Below the pieces are notes generated by a model. It searched no databases. It was given only the letters and a program-made list of their open reading frames with translations, and was not told where the DNA came from. DNA of 38,950 nucleotides. Source: a virus. Lineage: Duplodnaviria; Caudoviricetes. The position numbers and the translations under genes were made by a program. How positions within the stretch are numbered: position 1 is the first letter of the stretch; each line of letters starts with the position of its first letter. Positions 1 to 5,682 of this stretch are shown here, in pieces. Location of the stretch: the IMG/VR virus record IMGVR_UViG_3300016484_000093, positions 1-38,950 of that record; one strand, written 5' to 3'.

Positions 1-374
1 TCATCTGTTTCGCAGTAGTAATCAAAGGCTTTATTGAGTTCCTCATCACTTAACTCTTTTGGTGCAGTGTAGAGTGGAATAAATCCATTTAAACAATAAG
101 TTCTAGCATCAATGACACCATGTAAAACTTGACTAGGATTCATCCATGCAACAGGTTCACCTTGCTTATCCAACTCTTGTTGCCATTTGACAAGCTCGTC
201 CATCGCTCTGTCTTTATCAGCATCAAGAGCTTGTTGTAGTTTTCCTGCATCAAAACCATACTTCCACCCCATTTCAACAAGCAGTAGTTCATCTTCTGTG
301 TAGGCTTCTGTTCTTGGCTCACCGTCTTCCAACCAGTGACCTGCTTTCCACTCTTCAAAAGTTTTATATATCAT
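1..374 (-). CDS. Hypothetical early protein, C-terminus truncated by the window edge (EPVAWM...IPLYTAP...LSDEE module family)
   Basis: Not in the ORF track. Hand translation from ATG at 374 gives MIYKTFEEWKAGHWLEDGEPR...KLQQALDADKDRAMDELVKWQQELDKQGEPVAWM...IPLYTAPKELSDEELNKAFDYYCETD, open to position 1. ATGA overlap with the upstream gene. Confidence 0.85.
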   Translation of the reverse strand, partial: MIYKTFEEWKAGHWLEDGEPRTEAYTEDELLLVEMGWKYGFDAGKLQQALDADKDRAMDELVKWQQELDKQGEPVAWMNPSQVLHGVIDARTYCLNGFIPLYTAPKELSDEELNKAFDYYCETD

Positions 375-493
375 TTTTGTTTCTCCACTTCTTCTACAAG
401 TCTGCGAATCATGGCAATAGATAAATTTAAACTTTTTTGTGAAAAAGCCCCTGTTTCTAATAACTTTGCCAATCTCAATGCTTCTTCTTTCAT
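371..493 (-). CDS. Small hypothetical protein (40 aa)
   Basis: MKEEALRLAKLLETG...RRLVEEVEKQK*; ATGA overlaps at both ends; AAGGAG upstream. Confidence 0.7.
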   Translation of the reverse strand: MKEEALRLAKLLETGAFSQKSLNLSIAMIRRLVEEVEKQK

Positions 494-999
494 TCAAAAT
501 TCTCCTTAAGTTTTGCATAGCTAGTCGGTTTATTTCCGATTAACTGTGCAGAATTCTCAAATTCTTGTTGCCATTTGACTAACTCGTCCATCGCTCTGTC
601 TTTGTCAGCATCAAGAGCTTGTTGTAGCTTTTCCTTGTCAATCCATGACTTGTCGCCATACTCATTAGCAATCCTTTCTAGCGATTCTGTGCTAAAGGTT
701 TCTGTCAAGTAGTATTTCAATGCTTCACGAATCAGGTCGTCATAGGCATCATAATCAGCTTCAATTCGGTCTGTAATACGCTTGACTAACTTGTCGTGAT
801 ATTTAACTTCTTTGATTAATTGTTGCCATTTGTCGTCTTTATTTAAATATTCAGTCCATTTTGTCGCAATTTCTTGACTATTGACGCAATTTCTACCTAA
901 CCAATCAATGTAATCTAATTGCTTCTGTAATCTGTCGTTATCATCGACATGATTCGATAACGTGTCGTTATCTGTGCGTTTTTGCGACATGTCTTTCAT
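490..999 (-). CDS. Hypothetical protein
   Basis: 169-aa ORF coupled by ATGA overlaps; shares a 23-aa block with the 1..374 protein. Confidence 0.75.
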   Translation of the reverse strand: MKDMSQKRTDNDTLSNHVDDNDRLQKQLDYIDWLGRNCVNSQEIATKWTEYLNKDDKWQQLIKEVKYHDKLVKRITDRIEADYDAYDDLIREALKYYLTETFSTESLERIANEYGDKSWIDKEKLQQALDADKDRAMDELVKWQQEFENSAQLIGNKPTSYAKLKENFE

Positions 1000-1223
1000 T
1001 TTACGTTCACTCCTTGCATAACCCGATAAGGGTATCTGTTTTCAAGCCAAAAGCATCTACGCTCATTGTCAGCGCTGATAGCCCAATAGCCTTCCCATAC
1101 TACATTAGACTTCTTAAAAGACCCGCAATCTACTGCTTTGTCTATTTCTGTATGGACACTAGCATAAGCATAGCCACATAGAAAGACAAACACAGAGTAT
1201 AAGACCATGATAAACAAGTTCAT
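996..1223 (-). CDS. Hypothetical protein with N-terminal transmembrane/signal segment
   Basis: Hydrophobic N-terminus MNLFIMVLYSVFVFLCGYAYA; overlapping start/stop codons. Confidence 0.7.
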   Translation of the reverse strand: MNLFIMVLYSVFVFLCGYAYASVHTEIDKAVDCGSFKKSNVVWEGYWAISADNERRCFWLENRYPYRVMQGVNVK

Positions 1224-1402
1224 TGCTTAAATTCCTCAACAACAGGCTCTAATCTATCTACTTTAGAGTTTAAGACTTCAGCAAGTCTATCCAACATAAA
1301 GTCATACCCATAGGTAAGACACAGGTCTGCAAAGTCATGAACGACAAAGTGTTGATAGGCTTCGTAGGCTTCTTTTGGTGTCATATCGTTAAAGTTTAAC
1401 AT
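1220..1402 (-). CDS. Hypothetical protein
   Basis: ORF track 1220..1426; the ATG at 1402 is preferred because AAGGAAAGGAA lies just upstream. Confidence 0.65.
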   Translation of the reverse strand: MLNFNDMTPKEAYEAYQHFVVHDFADLCLTYGYDFMLDRLAEVLNSKVDRLEPVVEEFKQ

Positions 1403-1458
1403 CTTATTCCTTTCCTTGTTTGACATAAATTGTGTAACATACTACACAAAAATAAACA

Positions 1459-1488
1459 TTGACTAATTACATAACTATATGCTATCAT
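1459..1488 (+). promoter_or_regulatory. Putative sigma70-type promoter, antisense to the early genes
   Basis: TTGACT(1459-1464)-N18-TATCAT(1483-1488) with TG one base upstream of the -10; lies in an intergenic gap. Confidence 0.5.
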
Positions 1489-1494
1489 AGTCTA

Positions 1495-1564
1495 TATTGT
1501 TTAACAACATAGACACTGTCGTAAGACATCTTTTCTATGTTATGTATTAAATTATTAAACAATA
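1495..1564 (+). ncRNA. Candidate structured small RNA hairpin
   Basis: Nested stems TATTGTTTAA/TTAAACAATA and AACATAGA/TCTATGTT, with apical TGTC-GTAA-GACA (a GNRA loop on the + strand). Starts where the 1459 promoter would initiate. Confidence 0.4.
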
Positions 1565-1606
1565 CAGTAAACATCATAGCTATATAGGTCTGTATAGACA
1601 TCTGTA

Positions 1607-1861
1607 TTACCTCTCGTCCCATAAGTCTTTGTAATAGTCATCTTCAAAGCCTGAATCATCAATGTAACCTGAATCGTCATCAAGTAAAGTATCTGTTACA
1701 TCGGTGTCAGCTTCACATAAAAGCTCATTATTGCCCTGAACAGGGATATTGCCAATAGCCTTGATACAGTCCATACAAGTATCTAAGAATTGCTTTGTCA
1801 AGCCATGTCTAAGACTACATTCATAGTCTGTCAATGTTGCATTGCACACTACACACTTCAT
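1607..1861 (-). CDS. Putative zinc-finger protein with acidic tail
   Basis: CVVC...CMDC pairs; D-rich C-terminus; AAGGAGG ribosome-binding site. Confidence 0.75.
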   Translation of the reverse strand: MKCVVCNATLTDYECSLRHGLTKQFLDTCMDCIKAIGNIPVQGNNELLCEADTDVTDTLLDDDSGYIDDSGFEDDYYKDLWDER

Positions 1862-1963
1862 AAAACCTCCTTAAATCAATAAAAACACACTAATACATAC
1901 CTACCTATTAACCTATCGCTAAAAACTCAATACAGAGCGTTTTAAAGCGTTTTAGAGCTATTT

Positions 1964-2146
1964 TCATATGTCTGAGTAGCCTACTTTCTTAACTGCATAG
2001 GCATAACCTGACATTTTAGGCATATCGATAGTCTTTTGAACTATAACGTCGCCTACTGTGAGCATCTTTACTGCTTGTTCATGGCTATCAAAGACCCTAA
2101 TCAGGTCGCCTAGTTCATCTCTTAATTCATACTTGATAATTTTCAT
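1964..2146 (-). CDS. Hypothetical protein
   Basis: 60-aa ORF with ATGA overlap. Confidence 0.65.
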   Translation of the reverse strand: MKIIKYELRDELGDLIRVFDSHEQAVKMLTVGDVIVQKTIDMPKMSGYAYAVKKVGYSDI

Positions 2147-2343
2147 AGTTCGTTCTTAGTTCTTATAAGTTCCTCAACTGCTCTGGCAAATTTGACAATT
2201 CCGTTAGCTTCAATATACGGCAACATACTTTCATATAGGCTTACAAGCTCGTCATCTGTTGGCGACTTATACCAATCCTCTATGATTTGGTGTTGCGTGC
2301 AGTATTCCTCATGCATAGACTTAAAAAACTGTTTATCAATCAT
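2143..2343 (-). CDS. Hypothetical protein (TDDEL...FARAVEE module)
   Basis: 66-aa ORF; C-terminal half resembles LSDEEI...YARAIEE of 38695..38925. Confidence 0.7.
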   Translation of the reverse strand: MIDKQFFKSMHEEYCTQHQIIEDWYKSPTDDELVSLYESMLPYIEANGIVKFARAVEELIRTKNEL

Positions 2344-2344
2344 A

Positions 2345-2776
2345 TTAGCTCCCTTGGTTAAATAGGTTGAACAATGGCATTTTCTTTAATAGTAGTGCCT
2401 TACGCTTACTAATGTCAAGATTAGGGTTTTGTAGGTTGTCATCACCATAATGTGCGTTCTCGATACCTTTACAGTCAGTCCACACCTGTATAGCCTTAAA
2501 ACCTAGGTGTATTTGCTTTTTACCCCTACGCTTATACTCTTTGACTGTAAAGCTATCATTCAAGGCATAGATATTAATAAGCCTATAGCCACCCTTAGAA
2601 TTGTATTGCTTTTCTTTAGCGACAATACGCACGATACCAGCTCTGACAAGACTAAATACTAATTGACTAGCATAGTTTTTAGGTAAATCAGGCACTATCT
2701 TGCTTAATTGGTCTATAGTGCTAGGGTTATTCCTAAGTACTTCGATAACCTGTTCTTTTTTGTTTAGTTTTGGCAT
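2345..2776 (-). CDS. Putative winged-helix DNA-binding protein
   Basis: N-terminal pattern VIEVLRNNPSTIDQLSKIV...YASQLVFSLVRAGIV is typical of winged HTH domains; basic composition. Confidence 0.55.
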   Translation of the reverse strand: MPKLNKKEQVIEVLRNNPSTIDQLSKIVPDLPKNYASQLVFSLVRAGIVRIVAKEKQYNSKGGYRLINIYALNDSFTVKEYKRRGKKQIHLGFKAIQVWTDCKGIENAHYGDDNLQNPNLDISKRKALLLKKMPLFNLFNQGS

Positions 2777-2785
2777 AGCATATCC

Positions 2786-3049
2786 TTAGCTTGTTGAGTA
2801 GTCAAATCTTTGGAAAGTTTCCATGTCGGTATAGCCTTTCTCATTAATGCGATAGAGAGTAGCTATGTACTTTTTAGGGTCTGAGTCATCAATCCATATA
2901 TTAATGTCAATAGTGTTATCCCACCCGTACCAGTAGTCTTCAAGCAACGCATCAGGATTTTTATGGGTATCTTTGATACCTGCTATCAATCCTCGAACAA
3001 AAGCCTTAATTTGATTAAGCTCTATATCGTCAATATTTTCAATATTCAT
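2786..3049 (-). CDS. Hypothetical acidic protein
   Basis: 87-aa ORF with a GGTAAAACAAAATG leader. Confidence 0.7.
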   Translation of the reverse strand: MNIENIDDIELNQIKAFVRGLIAGIKDTHKNPDALLEDYWYGWDNTIDINIWIDDSDPKKYIATLYRINEKGYTDMETFQRFDYSTS

Positions 3050-3192
3050 TTTGTTTTACCTTGTCTGTGTTGTTTCTGTGATGGTGGTACATAGCCATAT
3101 TTTGCAAAGGTCTTATTAATATCCGTCTTAGCTGATGGCACATAGCTCAAACGATTGTCTAAGATGTTTGGTGTAATCTGTTTAGATTTCAT
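3046..3192 (-). CDS. Small basic hypothetical protein (48 aa)
   Basis: MKSKQITPNILDNRLSYVPSAKTDINKTFAKYGYVPPSQKQHRQGKTK*; fills the gap exactly, with ATGA overlaps at both ends. Confidence 0.7.
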   Translation of the reverse strand: MKSKQITPNILDNRLSYVPSAKTDINKTFAKYGYVPPSQKQHRQGKTK

Positions 3193-3479
3193 TCTGTATA
3201 CTCCATATAGTCAACTTCATACGCAATATTTTCGTCATAAGGTCTGACAGTTACATAATAACCTAGTCGGTTTACATAGTGAAGACCTTCAATAATACAA
3301 TGCCCGTTATCACATTCAACATAAGTCCATACACGATTTTCTTTAGACCTAGCTACTAAGTCATCCCAATGCTCGTGAGTGTCCCACATATCCTCTCCGT
3401 CAGGATTAGGGACTAAATAAAATTTTTCTACAAACTCATCCCACGTCATCTCTTTAATTGGTAAAAATCCTTTACTCAT
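3189..3479 (-). CDS. Hypothetical acidic phage protein
   Basis: 96-aa ORF with VWT...GLHYVNRLGYYVT motif; AAGGGG leader. Confidence 0.75.
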   Translation of the reverse strand: MSKGFLPIKEMTWDEFVEKFYLVPNPDGEDMWDTHEHWDDLVARSKENRVWTYVECDNGHCIIEGLHYVNRLGYYVTVRPYDENIAYEVDYMEYTE

Positions 3480-3492
3480 AGTAAACCCCTTA

Positions 3493-3573
3493 TTATATAA
3501 TCTGAAAAGCCCATAACATCACAGGCACTACAAAGCATAAGCCAAGGAAAATACCTTTTAATATGTCTAGCAT
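3493..3573 (-). CDS. 26-aa hydrophobic membrane peptide
   Basis: MLDILKGIFLGLCFVVPVMLWAFQII*, preceded by GAGGAG. Confidence 0.6.
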   Translation of the reverse strand: MLDILKGIFLGLCFVVPVMLWAFQII

Positions 3574-3577
3574 TGTT

Positions 3578-3886
3578 TTACTCCTCTACTGTAGCGTTGA
3601 CTAATTCATAAGCAATATATTCTGTGGCGAACCATACGATAGCGTTTCTAAACTGCACTGCATCGTCTAATTGCTCGACAATAGACTCAGGCATCTCGCC
3701 AACATTTGCTCTGTATTCTGCAATGATTTCGTGCATATCATCGCCATATTGAAAATATAAATCTGTGGTTTCTGAGTAGTAAATCATTCCACTAACTCCA
3801 CCATTGCACCCATGCTCTGCAATGTCTTGCAATTCCTCGATTGAGTAGTTAGCTTTGATGTAATCTTTAAATGTAGCGTATTGCAT
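3578..3886 (-). CDS. Highly acidic early protein (candidate anti-restriction/DNA mimic)
   Basis: 102 aa, 20 D/E versus 4 K/R; DIAEHGC-GG-SGMIYYSET motif. The function is an inference. Confidence 0.75.
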   Translation of the reverse strand: MQYATFKDYIKANYSIEELQDIAEHGCNGGVSGMIYYSETTDLYFQYGDDMHEIIAEYRANVGEMPESIVEQLDDAVQFRNAIVWFATEYIAYELVNATVEE

Positions 3887-3889
3887 AGT

Positions 3890-4051
3890 TTAACCCTTTC
3901 TAGCCTTTAAAACTTGTTGAGCATACTGAATAGCCTCTTTGGTAGCTAAAGCACCTTTGCCACCATTTATAGAGATTTTACCTAGTCTAGGATAAGGATA
4001 AGCTAAACCACCACTTGAAAATACTTGTTTTACATCATCTAAAGTTATCAT
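3890..4051 (-). CDS. Small hypothetical protein (53 aa)
   Basis: MITLDDVKQVFSSGGLAYPYPRLGKISINGG...ARKG*; GAAAGGGTAATACAAATG leader. Confidence 0.7.
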   Translation of the reverse strand: MITLDDVKQVFSSGGLAYPYPRLGKISINGGKGALATKEAIQYAQQVLKARKG

Positions 4052-4087
4052 TTGTATTACCCTTTCATTGTCTTAAATTAAGATACT

Positions 4088-4139
4088 GCCTAAGACTGTC
4101 TTGCGACAGTTTCGACCATTTAGGTCTCATCAGTTAGGC
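4088..4139 (-). ncRNA. Type I hammerhead ribozyme
   Basis: The minus strand reads GCCUAA-CUGAUGA-GACC(UAAAU)GGUC-GAAA-CUGUC(GCAA)GACAG-UC/UUAGGC. Full catalytic core, three perfect stems and a GUC cleavage triplet. Confidence 0.93.
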
Positions 4140-4325
4140 TTGAACAATGTTATTGTCTAGTCTATATTTGCATTGTGCTTTGATACGCTTGATTATGGTA
4201 GTCATAGGATAGTCAATATAGTGAATCTTAAAGTAATCATTATTATCATGCAAGGCAGTAGCTAAGACACCTTGAGATGTTTGCGTAAATGTGATTAAGT
4301 AATCTCTGTATGTAATCGTTTTCAT
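4134..4325 (-). CDS. First early gene, hypothetical protein
   Basis: 63-aa ORF after the early promoter; AAAGGGTAAAACAACATG leader; its stop codon lies in hammerhead stem I. Confidence 0.75.
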   Translation of the reverse strand: MKTITYRDYLITFTQTSQGVLATALHDNNDYFKIHYIDYPMTTIIKRIKAQCKYRLDNNIVQA

Positions 4326-4376
4326 GTTGTTTTACCCTTTTCGTTATTGACTAGCGTTATTGCTTGTCATGTGTTC

Positions 4377-4404
4377 ATTATAGGTCTGTTATGTCATTAG
4401 TCAA
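4377..4404 (-). promoter_or_regulatory. Early sigma70-type promoter
   Basis: TTGACT-N16-TATAAT on the minus strand, about 50 nt upstream of the first early gene. Confidence 0.7.
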
Positions 4405-4600
4405 GTCTTTTCTTTATAAAACTTTTCTATCGCTTTTCAGTTCTTTATTACTTTTTTCGATAATGCCTGACTGTGTTGGTCTGTGTTGATAGTTAGTCTT
4501 TAGCTTAACTGTGTAGGTCTGTGGTGTGTCTGTGGTGTGGCTATATAGGTGCAACACTGCCCCATACGCACGACTGCACAGACCAATATAGTGCTATGTC

Positions 4601-4671
4601 GTGTCTGTGTTGTGTCTGTGTTGTGTCTGTGTTGTGTCTGTGTTGTGTCTGTGTTGTGTCTGTGTCGTGTC
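4601..4671. repeat. Tandem repeat (GTGTCTGTGTT) x ~6.5
   Basis: Five perfect 11-bp units, one variant and a partial unit; degenerate copies at 4469-4540. Confidence 0.95.
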
Positions 4672-4771
4672 AACATAGGGGGTGGGGTAGGCTGTGTTGT
4701 TGTAATGTTGCGGGATGCTACATCGTACACAAAAAAGAGTAATTAAGACACTATATAAACATTGTAATTGA

Positions 4772-4853
4772 TTAAAAAATAGGCAATATAGACTATGTTG
4801 TATGTCATTGATTTGTAAGGAAGTAATCTATGTTGCTTAAAAAATAGGCAATA
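4772..4853. repeat. 17-bp direct repeat TTAAAAAATAGGCAATA (4772-4788, 4837-4853)
   Basis: Two identical copies 65 bp apart in the non-coding region. Confidence 0.85.
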
Positions 4854-5021
4854 ATGGATAAAGACAAGCGAATCTGCTCACTCCGAAGGAGGTCTGCAGA
4901 GGTCAATATCGACTATGTAGCCCTGCTAATCTGCTCAGACGTAGTCGCTGTTATAAGACAAAAGTGATAGTTGTCTAGTAACAGAATTGTTGACTATGTT
5001 GTATGGTTAATAAAATATTTC

Positions 5022-5050
5022 TTGACAAAATCGTAAAAGTATGCTAAAAT
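5022..5050 (+). promoter_or_regulatory. Sigma70-type promoter of the packaging operon
   Basis: TTGACA-N17-TAAAAT with extended -10 TG. Confidence 0.85.
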
Positions 5051-5079
5051 CGCTTTCATAGTACAAACAATACAGAATT

Positions 5080-5251
5080 GATAGAGTCCTGCTCACGCAG
5101 AGCGCTGTATAGCGGTGCAATAGAACCAACGACCGCTAGGTTAGAGAAGAATGATAAATAAAAAAATTCTTCTCTCTACAGTAGCGCAAACGTTAGCGAT
5201 ATAGAACAGATGTCTAACGACAGCGTCTATATAGATAAGTAGGACTTAATC
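5080..5251 (+). ncRNA. Candidate multi-stem structured RNA / leader upstream of the small terminase
   Basis: Closing stem 5085-5093/5238-5246 enclosing stems 5102-5106/5183-5187, 5110-5116/5132-5138, 5143-5152/5166-5175, 5191-5196/5214-5219 and a palindrome at 5226-5235. Confidence 0.5.
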
Positions 5252-5280
5252 TTTTTGTCTCCTTAATAAAGGGTAAAGAC

Positions 5281-5682
5281 GTGGCTGAAGAAGTTAAAGT
5301 AAAACCTAGACGTGGTCGTCCGCCGAAGGCGTTGATAGCGGAAAAGAAAAAACCAGGTAAAGTTGGTAGACCTGTCGGTGAAACAGGACGTATCCAAGAA
5401 TTAAAGGCTAGGTTGTTGTCTACGACTGGTGACAGGGTCATCAACAAAATCGTAGAGATTGCTATGACTGATGGACATCCAGTTCAGGGTGCTGCGTTGA
5501 AGATGTGTATTGACAGAGTATTACCTTTGTCTTATTTTGAGAAAGACAAGACTGGTGGTTCAACACCGCAGATTAGTATCAACATCACAGGCATTAACAG
5601 CCCTACGGTGTCTGCAGAAGAAACAGTGATTGAAACTGGCATCACTGACGTAAATTACAGGGAAGACGATGACACAGCTTAA
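5281..5682 (+). CDS. terS: Probable terminase small subunit
   Basis: Directly upstream of and overlapping TerL; basic RGRP/VGRP N-terminus; helical core; C-terminal ISINITG beta strand. Confidence 0.75.
   Translation: MAEEVKVKPRRGRPPKALIAEKKKPGKVGRPVGETGRIQELKARLLSTTGDRVINKIVEIAMTDGHPVQGAALKMCIDRVLPLSYFEKDKTGGSTPQISINITGINSPTVSAEETVIETGITDVNYREDDDTA

Noticed and set aside
140-358. 72-aa minus-strand ORF from the track
   Set aside because: An alternative frame (ATG at 374, open to position 1) is coupled to the upstream gene and carries modules shared with other genes.
4601-4671. Possible CRISPR or mini-array
   Set aside because: The units are contiguous 11-mers with no spacers, and there are no cas genes.
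4500-4746. Three overlapping Cys/Val- or Thr/His-rich ORFs
   Set aside because: Artefacts of the stop-free 11-bp tandem repeat; no RBS.
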